Virus record (IMG/VR): IMGVR_UViG_3300010381_000001
Location: 1-39,350 of that record
Strand: one strand, 5' to 3'
DNA: 39,350 nt
Source: a virus
Taxonomy: Duplodnaviria; Caudoviricetes
Positions 27,333 to 36,657 of the stretch are shown here, piece after piece (position 1 is the stretch's first letter; each line of letters opens with the position of its first letter). The notes under the pieces are model-generated. The model saw only the letters and a program-made list of their open reading frames with translations, was not told the DNA's origin and searched no databases. Position numbers and translations under genes: made by a program.

Positions 27333-28922
27333 ATGGCTATTTTTAAATATGGTTCAAAGGGTGACGAGGTAAAAAAGCTGCAGCAGCAATTGACTGATGC
27401 GGGATATGATACAAAAGGAATTGACGGAATTTTCGGCGCCAATACGCAAGCGGCTGTCAGGGCATATCAGAAAGCAAATAATCTTGACGTAGACGGAATC
27501 GCCGGTTCGCAGACATTAGGCTCACTGTATAAGCCGTCTACCAAAATGTCCGCTTCTGCTTTACCTGCTGATTACACTTCATCCATTGGTACAAATAAAG
27601 ATTGGTACAATCCGGACAGCGGTATGTCAAGACAACAGTATGAAAGCGGACTGTCAAGCGGTAGTATTAAAGTACCTACGTTGACAACGCAGACAGCCAC
27701 ACCAGCGCAAACTACACCTACCACACCTGATTTATCCGGTTTGAGCAATATAAACTTCAATCCTACGGTGACTATACCGGAATATAAAAGCCCATATGAA
27801 GAAAAGATTAATGCCCTGCTGGACAAATATTTGAACTATGACCCGAACGCCGCATTTGATGTTACCGCGGACCCGCAATATGCTCCATTGAAACAGCAAT
27901 ATGATGCAGCGGGGCAATCAGCATTTAATAATCAGATTGGCAGACTATCAGCTTTGACAGGTGGCAGACCTTCTACGGCGGCGGTTGGTACAGCTACGGC
28001 GGCACAGAACCAATACGCAAAGGATTTCGCCGGGACTGTTATACCTTCTCTTGTCAATGCTGAAATGACGAGACGACAGAACGCATACGGTAATATAGCA
28101 GAACAGCTTAAAATGTTGCAAGGGCTTGAAGCGGACAGTTACGGAGCATATAGGGACACTCTTACGGATACAAGGACGGAGCAGGACAGAGCGAGACAGA
28201 ACTTTATTGACACAATAGGGCAGTATTACGATGATTATCAGGCACAGTACAATAAAGTGCGTGATGATGGAGATCCATCAAATGATTGGCAGTTACCTCT
28301 AATTGCATCGGCTCGTCAGGAGAAGATTGCCAACACACAGGCAGCAGAAGCTAAAGCGGAACAGACCGCTTACGATAGAGAAGTTGAACAGGCAAAGTTA
28401 CAAAATGATACAAGGTTGACCAATGCGCAGATAAGCAACTATGCGGCGGATAACGCGAGACTGGCAAATGAAAGCGGTAACAAGACCACCGATGTTACAA
28501 AGATGGGTACACCGGAACAGTTGAACCAGTATTACGACCTGCTAAACATTTATTCCGGCAACGGACCGACTAAATTATATGCCAATAACGCATACGGAGC
28601 ATACCAGGATCTTGTTGCAAATAAGCAAACCTATGTCGGAGCATTAGGGCAGAAACTGTACGATCAGATCACAGCAGATGTGCAAAATATGATGAAGAAT
28701 GAAAAGACGTACAGCGGCGAATCGGCGGGTGTTTCAGCATACAACAATATTCTTGCAAAAGCATTGAGCGCAAAGAACAATCAGAACGCTGCGGGCTCCG
28801 CTGTACTTGACGCTGCAAATATCATCATAAACAGCAAATTGTCAGATGATGAGCAAGAAAACGAAGCATTGCAATTACAGATGCTTGACCAGCTCGGCAT
28901 AGATTTAGAATCCTTACAGTAA
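27333..28922 (+). CDS. Internal virion/ejection-type protein with N-terminal peptidoglycan-binding domain
   Basis: ATG after AAGGAGG; GSKGDEVKKLQQQL...IDGIFGANTQAAVRAYQ...L-x-VDGIAG; Ala/Gln-rich helical remainder. Confidence 0.8.
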   Translation: MAIFKYGSKGDEVKKLQQQLTDAGYDTKGIDGIFGANTQAAVRAYQKANNLDVDGIAGSQTLGSLYKPSTKMSASALPADYTSSIGTNKDWYNPDSGMSRQQYESGLSSGSIKVPTLTTQTATPAQTTPTTPDLSGLSNINFNPTVTIPEYKSPYEEKINALLDKYLNYDPNAAFDVTADPQYAPLKQQYDAAGQSAFNNQIGRLSALTGGRPSTAAVGTATAAQNQYAKDFAGTVIPSLVNAEMTRRQNAYGNIAEQLKMLQGLEADSYGAYRDTLTDTRTEQDRARQNFIDTIGQYYDDYQAQYNKVRDDGDPSNDWQLPLIASARQEKIANTQAAEAKAEQTAYDREVEQAKLQNDTRLTNAQISNYAADNARLANESGNKTTDVTKMGTPEQLNQYYDLLNIYSGNGPTKLYANNAYGAYQDLVANKQTYVGALGQKLYDQITADVQNMMKNEKTYSGESAGVSAYNNILAKALSAKNNQNAAGSAVLDAANIIINSKLSDDEQENEALQLQMLDQLGIDLESLQ

Positions 28923-28935
28923 AGGAAGTGTGAGA

Positions 28936-31900
28936 ATGGCTAATACCTTAGAAGCCTTGCGAAAATATAAGACAGGACAATCAAATACAGGTAACACTAT
29001 TGAAAAGTTAAGGGCATTTAAATCCGGTAAGCCTATTGAAAGCGCACAAAATGACCGGAAAGAATTGTTGAAAGAGAAGCAACTTGCGCATAAAAATAAT
29101 GCGGTAAGCCAGCCTCAAACCGCGCCATTAGGTAATGTTGCTGATTTCCGCAAACTGGATGAACAGAGCAGGAACGCGGATAAAGCTGTGCAGAATCAAA
29201 AGGCTGTACAGGAATTCGTATATGAACAGGGTTTGAAAAAGCTGGATGATAAATATGCCGGTGTAAACGTGCTTGCAAAAGCCAATTCACCGGAATATCA
29301 AGCAGATGTAAAGGAACTTGCACAATCAACAGGACACAATACTGCACCGACAGAACGCAATACAATGTATAATCCGGAATCAACAAAGAGCGTACTTCCC
29401 TACCTTGGCGAAAAAGCAAAGATGGGTTTAATGGACTTTGCGGCCGGGCTGTCTAATCTCAATGAGATCGGAAAGATGGATGATACACAGAAGAATCTTT
29501 CCCCCACGCAGCGGTTACAGGTGTTGCAGAATAAGGATAAGGCAGAATTTCAAAAAGCTGAGAACGAAAATGTAAGTGGTGGATTGAAAACAGTAGGCAA
29601 TGTCGTTCAGGCTACTACTGCCATGATACCTAATATTATGCTCAGCGCGGCAAATCCGACAATGGGCTTGGCACAGGTTGGACTTTCGGCAGCGGGCAAT
29701 TCTGCACAGCAGGCAACAATGGATAACGCCACAAGGGGGCAGGCATTGGCATATGGCGGATTGTCCGGTGCAATAGAAGCAGGAACAGAAAAACTGTTCG
29801 GCGGATTGCCGTTTATGAAAGGTATTGGCGATAAGGTTGCCGGTAAGCTGCTTGACCCGATAAAGAACAAGGTTATAAAAGCTGGCGTTAAATGGGCTAT
29901 GAACATGGGCGAAGAAGCATTGGAGGAAGGAATTGCCGGTGCATTAGACCCGCTTGCCAAAAGGCTTACATATGATAAAGATGCGAAAATGGCTACTCCT
30001 GCCGAAATCGGTCAGCAGATGCTTATGGGTGCGGCGGTGGCTGGAATATTGGGAATACCTGGTACTGTTATTGACAGTACAGGCAAGCAGGTACCAACCG
30101 TACAAGCGATAAAAAATGTTGATGATAAAGGCGATATTACATTCACTATGGCGGATGGTTCAACTCTGGAACTGAATCCGTCTGAAATGGATAAAGCGGA
30201 TTTGCAGAAGCTGGATGAAAGTTTAAGCAATACAGAACTGTCTGAACCGATGCAGAAGGTAAAAGGCGTTATTGAAAGTAACCTTAATAAGCCTATTGAT
30301 GAAGCAGAAGCAGAATTGCAAGACGCTATAACCACGCCTAGACCGCAAGAGGAAATAGATAAGACTATAAATGAGCTGCGGGAGATTGAACAGGTAAAAG
30401 ATGCTCAATATGCAAGTACACAACAGCCTACGCAAGCCGTAGAGACAAAAATTGACGAGGGTAATATAAACACACCTGTTAAGACAGAAACGGTTACAGA
30501 GGGCGTGCAGCCTTACAAAAGTGATATCAACAAAATACCTGAGTACGTTCAAAGAATAGAAGAACCTAACATAACACGTGCCACAGTTGATAAGCCGCAT
30601 GGAGTATACACCTCTCCTGCGAATGTCGAATCTCCACATAAAGGTTTAGGTGGCGATACTTTTTACTGGAAAACCAACCCCGATGCAAATGTACTCAGAA
30701 TACGGGTTGACACCTTCAAAACTAATCGTGGACTTGTTGGCGAATCGGCAGGAGTCGGTGCAGCGAGAAAACTGTTGGGTGATGAAGAAGTTTCGCGGAT
30801 GATGAAATTGAGCAAAAAAGTCCTTTCCGCTGAATTATCAAAGCAATATCCAAAAGTTGAATGGAATAAATATTACGATCAGCAAGAAATGGTTGAAGGT
30901 ATAGCGGGATTGGAGGCTAGAAAAGCCGGATACGATGCAATATGGGCAGTTGACCCAACCATGCCAGAAATGGACGAATTTGTAGGCTTGACCGATAATG
31001 CACTATCTCAGGTTGAGAGTGTACCTGTGGCAAGTAAGACAGCTCAGAATGACACGCAGCCCACCAAAACAACCATGTCTGAACGTCAGGTAGGAACCTC
31101 TGGCAAAGATGCTCTAATCAGTAAGCGTAATGTTAAAGCGTACATGTTTGAAAATCCGGAAGTAAAAGACTTATATCAAGGCGCGGCTAAATATATCCTT
31201 GATTATGAATTCGTCCCGAATGAAAACCTTATGCCTGCTACGGCTATAATGACACAGTTGAAAGCTGATACAGGATTGAAACCGGCTGAGATAAAAGACG
31301 CACTGGAGCGGCTTGTAAATAATCACGGTCAGGAGAATGCAGCTGCCGCGAAACGTGTAGAACTGATTATTGACGATATGCTGACAAATGGATTCGATAT
31401 GTCGGATGGAGTCCATATTGACCCGAATGATGACTATATAAAGTTGAAGTCTGCTATAGAGGGCAGAGAGGTTAAACCGGCTGAAAAAGTTGACTCTGAT
31501 GAATTTTACGATGCGTTTGCGAAACAGGATGAAAAGAGAGTTGCGAAAGCGTATGAACCGAATGTAAGGAGAGTTCCCGAACAATTCAAGGGTACTGAAC
31601 CTGGCGATATAAACTATAAGCCTGTAAAAGTTGGTATGCAGGTACAAATAGTAAACGATAATGTTAAAGGCAAAACGCCTAAGTTTGAATATGCGGACCC
31701 TGAACTTGAGGCGGTACATAAAAAGAATAAAGGTATAAGCGAATCAACCTTAATGCAAAAAGCCAAAAAAGGCGTTGAGGATGCACTTAACATGTTCAAG
31801 CGTCCTATTGGTACATTGCCGTATACAAAGGAAAATGCCGAACTATATAAAGACCTTGTAAGACTTCCAAAACTCCGCGCAATGGCATCTGACGATACAA

Positions 31901-34659
31901 TTAGGACAATTGACGCTATCACGAAAGACATGGACAAGAACAGCTTTGATATGTTTGAGCGTAAAGTATTCCTTGACGACCTCGCAGAAGAAGTAAAACT
32001 GGGGAGTGAACTTCCTAATAAATGGACTCCTGAAAAAGTACAGAGCGAACTTGTAAGGCTTGATAATGCTATGACTGATACTGTCAGAGAAGCAGTTGAC
32101 AAAAGGCAAAAGTTTTGGGATGAAATTAAAGAGAATTATACCAAAGCCATGAAGGACATAGGACTTGATATGTCTGAAAGGTTCACAAGGGAGAATTATT
32201 TCAGACATCAAGTTTTAGACTACATGGAAGCAAAAAACAGCATTGTTGGGACAGGGAGAAAACTGAAAACTCCAGCGAACAGAGGATTTACAAAGGCAAG
32301 AACCGGCGAATATGCGGGAGATATTAATACCGATTACCTGCAAGCTGAGTTTGAAGTAATGGCACAAATGAAACACGACACCGAAATTGCAAAGATAATT
32401 AAAAATGTTGATGAAAACTACAATATAGTTGATACCATCAAGGCAAATGCAAAAGCTAACGGAACAGAGAATTGGCATGATGAAATACCGGAAGGATACA
32501 CTACATGGCAACCGAGAGAGGGCAATGTATTCTATATGTCGCAGCCTATCGGTGCGGAAATAGTTGAGCAGTCTCTTGCTTTGCGTGGAATTAAGCTGGA
32601 CAGCATAAAGGATCCGAAGCTAAAAGTTGCACTTGAAGATATAATGAATGATCTTGCAGACCAGACCTCAGTATTGGCTATGGGTGGAAAGCGGAAGGAA
32701 TTTGTTGTTAAAAATGAAGTTGCCGAAACGCTGGACAATCTGGCAAAAGCCACAACAACCAATACGCTGGCGAGAAGCTCTAAAAAAGTACAGAGTTTAT
32801 GGAAACGGTGGGTAACATCACTGAATCCTAAAAGCACAATAAAGTACGGCATACGAAACTTTACCGGTGACCTTGATGCACTCATAGCGGGAAACCCAGG
32901 TGCTGTAAAGAAAATTCCTAAAGCTGCAAAGGAATTATTCGATGCTATGCGAAACGGCAAGTTTACACCTGAATTGAAATCATGGTATGACAAAGGCGGC
33001 TATCAATCACTTTTATATACTCAGGAAATCAGTCAGGTAAACAAAATGAAACCGTTTGAAAAGTTCCGTGATTTATCTGTTACTGAAAAGGTGACAAGAC
33101 CGTTAACAAGCTATGCCGAAGCTACAGAGAGTATGCACAATTACCGTGAAGCAATAAACAGGTATGCAGCATATTTAGATTACCTTGACCAGCTGAATTC
33201 AGGTAAATTAAAGAATTATGGCGCTTCAAGGCCTGAGATAATAGACGGAATAAAAGGAATAGAGGATAAGGCATTTAAACTGTCCAATGATCTCTTAGGC
33301 GCATACGATGAAGTCTCACAGGCTGGACAGGTTATGAGGAATCATTTGATACCGTTTTATTCATGGATGGAAATTAACATGAAACGGTATAAAAACCTGT
33401 TCAAAAATGCCTTTACCAATAAAGAGGTTGCGAGAACAGCAGGAATATCCGCAAGTCTGATAGGCAAGTTGGGACTGAAAACGGCAGGAAAATTAATAAG
33501 CATATTCGGTATGACTGCCGCGCTTGCCGCATGGAATCAGTTGAAATATCCTGATTTAGAAGAAACACTTCCGGAAGATGTCAGAGAAAAGCCACATATT
33601 GTATTAGGGCAGGACAAAGACGGTAACACATTGTATTTCAGTCGTATAGGTTCACTCAATGACTTCCTTGAATGGTTCGGGCTAAGTACAGCAACACAGG
33701 ACGTGAAAGATGTAATGAGCGGCAAAATGACAACGCAGGAGGCACTTATTGAGATGGTAAAATCTCCGGCTAATAAAGTTGCCGGGAGCGTAACACCGGC
33801 ATACAAAACGCTGGCGGAATTGTTGACGGGGCAGAAATTATATCCCGACATAACAGACCCCATGCCGATAAGAGACAAAGCGCAGTATGCTGCTCAGTCG
33901 TTTGGTATAAGGGATGAATTTGATATTTTGGCAGGCAAGCCAACAAGACCGTATTTCCAGAACTTTGATAAGGCTGTACTGTACAAGGCAGACCCGAAGG
34001 AATCCGCTTACTATACCATCCTTGATGCAAGGAGCAAGTACAAAGCGAAAAAAGGCGAGGAAAGCGGATCATTCTTCTATACGAAAAAATCCAATGCACT
34101 GTATAACTATAAACTGGCATTGCGATATGGCGACGAAAAAGCGAAAGAAAAGTATATGAAGCTTTATGAATCTTATGGTGGAAATGCTGCACAGACGATT
34201 GAATCTGTATTAACAATGTCGCCTTACTATGGCATTAGGAAGGATGAACGGGCAGCATTTAAGGCATCTCTGACAGGTAAAGACAAGGAACAGTTAGAGC
34301 TTGCTGAACAATATTTCATGGAACTGCTTGAAACAGAATTGACCTCTAAACGGTCTTTGACGGATGGCACAAGAGCAATGATAGACATATACAAAAAGAC
34401 CGGCGAGACAAAGCAATTTCCTAAAGTGGTAAGCAATGAAATGACATTCAACAAGAAAACTTATAAGCTGTCAAACGAAGAAGTTGCAGAGTTCCAGGAG
34501 AGAGTGAATGAAGCCATGTACAAAAAGGCTGATGAACTTGCAAAACGCAAAGACTTTCAGAAACTTACTCCTGAGAAACAGGCTGAAATGATGAGCAATG
34601 TACTGAACCAGCAGGTAGTGCTTGAACGCATTGAGTGGAAGAACGAAAAGTACAAGTAA
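28936..34659 (+). CDS. Large ejection/polyvalent-type virion protein (~1900 aa) with an ART-like insert
   Basis: Size and position before the lysis genes; Gly/Ala-rich membrane-like segment (AIEAGTEKL, GEEALEE); HGVYTS...AGYDAI...DEFV insert; C-terminal IPFYSW region. Confidence 0.75.
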   Translation: MANTLEALRKYKTGQSNTGNTIEKLRAFKSGKPIESAQNDRKELLKEKQLAHKNNAVSQPQTAPLGNVADFRKLDEQSRNADKAVQNQKAVQEFVYEQGLKKLDDKYAGVNVLAKANSPEYQADVKELAQSTGHNTAPTERNTMYNPESTKSVLPYLGEKAKMGLMDFAAGLSNLNEIGKMDDTQKNLSPTQRLQVLQNKDKAEFQKAENENVSGGLKTVGNVVQATTAMIPNIMLSAANPTMGLAQVGLSAAGNSAQQATMDNATRGQALAYGGLSGAIEAGTEKLFGGLPFMKGIGDKVAGKLLDPIKNKVIKAGVKWAMNMGEEALEEGIAGALDPLAKRLTYDKDAKMATPAEIGQQMLMGAAVAGILGIPGTVIDSTGKQVPTVQAIKNVDDKGDITFTMADGSTLELNPSEMDKADLQKLDESLSNTELSEPMQKVKGVIESNLNKPIDEAEAELQDAITTPRPQEEIDKTINELREIEQVKDAQYASTQQPTQAVETKIDEGNINTPVKTETVTEGVQPYKSDINKIPEYVQRIEEPNITRATVDKPHGVYTSPANVESPHKGLGGDTFYWKTNPDANVLRIRVDTFKTNRGLVGESAGVGAARKLLGDEEVSRMMKLSKKVLSAELSKQYPKVEWNKYYDQQEMVEGIAGLEARKAGYDAIWAVDPTMPEMDEFVGLTDNALSQVESVPVASKTAQNDTQPTKTTMSERQVGTSGKDALISKRNVKAYMFENPEVKDLYQGAAKYILDYEFVPNENLMPATAIMTQLKADTGLKPAEIKDALERLVNNHGQENAAAAKRVELIIDDMLTNGFDMSDGVHIDPNDDYIKLKSAIEGREVKPAEKVDSDEFYDAFAKQDEKRVAKAYEPNVRRVPEQFKGTEPGDINYKPVKVGMQVQIVNDNVKGKTPKFEYADPELEAVHKKNKGISESTLMQKAKKGVEDALNMFKRPIGTLPYTKENAELYKDLVRLPKLRAMASDDTIRTIDAITKDMDKNSFDMFERKVFLDDLAEEVKLGSELPNKWTPEKVQSELVRLDNAMTDTVREAVDKRQKFWDEIKENYTKAMKDIGLDMSERFTRENYFRHQVLDYMEAKNSIVGTGRKLKTPANRGFTKARTGEYAGDINTDYLQAEFEVMAQMKHDTEIAKIIKNVDENYNIVDTIKANAKANGTENWHDEIPEGYTTWQPREGNVFYMSQPIGAEIVEQSLALRGIKLDSIKDPKLKVALEDIMNDLADQTSVLAMGGKRKEFVVKNEVAETLDNLAKATTTNTLARSSKKVQSLWKRWVTSLNPKSTIKYGIRNFTGDLDALIAGNPGAVKKIPKAAKELFDAMRNGKFTPELKSWYDKGGYQSLLYTQEISQVNKMKPFEKFRDLSVTEKVTRPLTSYAEATESMHNYREAINRYAAYLDYLDQLNSGKLKNYGASRPEIIDGIKGIEDKAFKLSNDLLGAYDEVSQAGQVMRNHLIPFYSWMEINMKRYKNLFKNAFTNKEVARTAGISASLIGKLGLKTAGKLISIFGMTAALAAWNQLKYPDLEETLPEDVREKPHIVLGQDKDGNTLYFSRIGSLNDFLEWFGLSTATQDVKDVMSGKMTTQEALIEMVKSPANKVAGSVTPAYKTLAELLTGQKLYPDITDPMPIRDKAQYAAQSFGIRDEFDILAGKPTRPYFQNFDKAVLYKADPKESAYYTILDARSKYKAKKGEESGSFFYTKKSNALYNYKLALRYGDEKAKEKYMKLYESYGGNAAQTIESVLTMSPYYGIRKDERAAFKASLTGKDKEQLELAEQYFMELLETELTSKRSLTDGTRAMIDIYKKTGETKQFPKVVSNEMTFNKKTYKLSNEEVAEFQERVNEAMYKKADELAKRKDFQKLTPEKQAEMMSNVLNQQVVLERIEWKNEKYK

Positions 34660-34665
34660 TTTGAC

Positions 34666-34698
34666 CACCAATAGTAACCATAAATTGTATGATAAACT
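34666..34698 (+). promoter_or_regulatory. Phage late-type promoter motif, copy 8 (lysis)
   Basis: CACCAATAG-N15-TGATAAACT. Confidence 0.55.
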
Positions 34699-34819
34699 AG
34701 AAGTAACGAAGTAGGTCGGGCAGATTAACGCTCTACCCGACCCGATACCTTCCTCACATGCGCGGGAGCACGCAAAGGAAGGTGACATAATTCTACATCA
34801 AATAAACGGGAGGTGCAAG

Positions 34820-35110
34820 ATGGATGTAACAGGTATAATTGTGGCGGGTTTGAGTCTTGTAGGTACACTTACGGGGAGTTTTTTGGCGCAGCGGAAAAGT
34901 GCGGTGCTGATAGCTTATCGCATTGAACAGCTGGAGATCAGGGTGAATAAACACAATAATCTTATCGAGCGGATGTATAACCTTGAAAATAGGTGTGACC
35001 TGCAAGATGAGAAAATTAAAGTAGCGAATCACCGAATAGGTGATCTGGAGAAAGGAGCAGAGTATGAGCAAAATAAACCTAGTCATTGCGCACAGCCAGC
35101 AGGCTCATAA
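34820..35110 (+). CDS. Lysis-cassette membrane protein (holin/XhlA-like)
   Basis: RBS GGGAGGT; N-terminal TM helix then YRIEQLE...KHNNLIER...VANHRI-x-DLE. Confidence 0.75.
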   Translation: MDVTGIIVAGLSLVGTLTGSFLAQRKSAVLIAYRIEQLEIRVNKHNNLIERMYNLENRCDLQDEKIKVANHRIGDLEKGAEYEQNKPSHCAQPAGS

Positions 35111-35624
35111 CGCCTGTGTAATGGGCGATACCGAACAGGCACATATGCGAACTATCGCAGAGCCTCTATATGACATTTTGAGCCAAGATAAGCGGTTGAA
35201 TACATATCTTATCCCGATGCAGAATACCGGCTCAGACAGCGGTAATTTGAAAGCCAGCATAGCCCTGTCAAACAAGTTTATCCGGGCAAATGGCGGCAAA
35301 GGATATCACATTGAACTGCACTCTGATGCAGGAGGTGGCAAGGGCGCTGTAGGGTTGTATGTATCCGAAGCAGGCAAACGGCTTGTATCTGCTTTAATGG
35401 ATGATCTGCCGGAGATAACGCCGTGCGAATCCGATGAGGGGCGTATACGGTACAGGGATAACCTGGGCGCGTTGAATCAGACAAAGGCAGTAGCTGGCAT
35501 CATTGAAGTATCGTTCCACGATAAACCGGATGAAGCAAAATGGATCCATGAAAACGGTATATCAATAGCCGTGGCAGTCGCTCACGGATGGTATAAATTT
35601 TTGAAAGGAGAAAAGTTGATATGA
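35064..35624 (+). CDS. Endolysin, N-acetylmuramoyl-L-alanine amidase (Amidase_3-like), catalytic domain only
   Basis: ATG after AAAGGAG; AHS...TE, HIELHSDA, IIEVSFHD. Confidence 0.85.
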   Translation: MSKINLVIAHSQQAHNACVMGDTEQAHMRTIAEPLYDILSQDKRLNTYLIPMQNTGSDSGNLKASIALSNKFIRANGGKGYHIELHSDAGGGKGAVGLYVSEAGKRLVSALMDDLPEITPCESDEGRIRYRDNLGALNQTKAVAGIIEVSFHDKPDEAKWIHENGISIAVAVAHGWYKFLKGEKLI

Positions 35625-35806
35625 AAGAGAGATTTGCAAAGTTGATTGATGTAAAAAGCATCGTCACGCTTGCACTGATATTCACGCTGGTATATGTGGT
35701 ACTCGGCGAAAGGCAGATTGACGAGAAGGTGTTTTTACTGTTCAGCAATGCCACAACGATGATAATTACATACTTTTTTACAAAGAAAACTGACGAAAAA
35801 GTATAA
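35621..35806 (+). CDS. Putative holin (two TM helices)
   Basis: 61 aa; KSIVTLAL...TMIITYFF, basic tail; follows the amidase. Confidence 0.75.
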   Translation: MKERFAKLIDVKSIVTLALIFTLVYVVLGERQIDEKVFLLFSNATTMIITYFFTKKTDEKV

Positions 35807-35866
35807 TAGCAACGGAATGGAGAAAAACACACGAATTTGTCAACGCAAAATAATCCTCCTATGTAA

Positions 35867-35909
35867 AAGCCTCCTTAGTCCATTGCGGATTAGGGAGGCT
35901 TATTTTTTT
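35867..35909. terminator. Intrinsic terminator ending the lysis cassette
   Basis: AAGCCTCCTTAGTCC-ATTGC-GGATTAGGGAGGCTT followed by a T-run. Confidence 0.8.
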
Positions 35910-35934
35910 ATGTATTGTCATGCTATTGCGAATT
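35907..35934. repeat. dif-like junction site G
   Basis: Minus strand AATTCGCAATA-GCATGA-CAATACATAAA; overlaps the stop of 35923..36051 and abuts the terminator. Confidence 0.5.
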
Positions 35935-36051
35935 AACGTATTCAGCGTCTGTTAAATCAAATATTGCATTGCAATTAGTGCAAATAATATCACCTTCTTC
36001 ATCCGCATACAATTCCTCGCTTTGACACTCAGGACACACCAATATGACCAT
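35923..36051 (-). CDS. Acidic TFIIB-type zinc-ribbon microprotein (not in ORF track)
   Basis: RBS GGAGGTGTGAGG; MVILVCPECQSEELYADEEGDIICTNCNAIFDLTDAEYVNSQ, 42 aa. Confidence 0.75.
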   Translation of the reverse strand: MVILVCPECQSEELYADEEGDIICTNCNAIFDLTDAEYVNSQ

Positions 36052-36069
36052 TTTACCTCACACCTCCAT

Positions 36070-36301
36070 ATTCTTTTTCTTCCCCTCACCGCAGCCTACA
36101 CGCCGCCTACGAAACGACCGCCTCCGAATAATGTCACCCTCCACATCCTCGGCTATGATTCGGGTTTGTGGGTGGTAGGCCGCCTTATTCCGGTTTGGCT
36201 ACGGCTCCGTCACCCGATAGTAACACGGGGCACAGGATGCTATCCTGCAATTAAGCGGAGTCGGTTCGACTCGGACGAACAATCACCACTACCACCCTAC
36301 G
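36070..36301 (-). ncRNA. Candidate structured RNA / long 5' leader
   Basis: GC-rich tract downstream of a strong promoter; 9-bp closing stem 36170-36178/36289-36297 enclosing hairpins 36258-36272 and 36233-36247. Confidence 0.5.
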
Positions 36302-36307
36302 CATACT

Positions 36308-36336
36308 ATTGTAGCAAAAATTTTAAAGAGTGTCAA
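36308..36336 (-). promoter_or_regulatory. sigmaA promoter with extended -10
   Basis: TTGACA-17-TACAAT, with TG at the extended -10 position. Confidence 0.8.
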
Positions 36337-36364
36337 GCAAATTATAGTACATGGAAGTTCATTA

Positions 36365-36393
36365 TTGACTATGTAAGTATAACGTGGTAGAAT
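36365..36393 (+). promoter_or_regulatory. sigmaA promoter, divergent from the previous one
   Basis: TTGACT-17-TAGAAT, with TG at the extended -10 position. Confidence 0.75.
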
Positions 36394-36415
36394 TAATATG
36401 TGGAGGTGGGGGTAA

Positions 36416-36655
36416 GTGAAGATAACATTAGATGGGAAAATAATAGAGGTCAACAACAATAAGATTGATACTGCATTTGAGGAGCAAAAGAAAACTATTT
36501 CCGATGTAATAGATGTTTATCAGCAAAACAAAGATATGCAGGGGCTACTTTATTTTTTAATCTCTTGGAACTCAATAACAAAGGATTTAATGGAGCGCGC
36601 GCTTGGGGATTTTGGAGTGGAAAAAATTCAGAAATTGCTGGAGCAGGAGGGTTAA
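36416..36655 (+). CDS. Hypothetical protein
   Basis: GTG after GGAGGT; 79 aa. Confidence 0.7.
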   Translation: MKITLDGKIIEVNNNKIDTAFEEQKKTISDVIDVYQQNKDMQGLLYFLISWNSITKDLMERALGDFGVEKIQKLLEQEG

Positions 36656-36657
36656 CA

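Noticed and set aside
29082-29105. Extra dif-like site CTTGCGCATAA-AAATAATGCGG in the large virion gene
   Set aside because: Arm spacing is wrong and it is not at an evident module boundary; it shows single arms can arise by chance
2289-34454. Numerous antisense ORFs of 60-180 aa inside long phage genes
   Set aside because: Overlap well-supported plus-strand genes and lack recognisable motifs
28936-34659. Tape measure protein
   Set aside because: No tail tube or chaperone genes upstream and no periodic Trp/Phe repeats; context fits a podoviral ejection protein
36230-36290. tRNA gene suggested by GGTTCGACTC
   Set aside because: No acceptor, D or anticodon arms can be built, and the promoter points along the other strand
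36022-36390. 122-aa plus-strand ORF
   Set aside because: No RBS, Pro/Arg-rich composition, overlaps two promoters and the structured minus-strand leader
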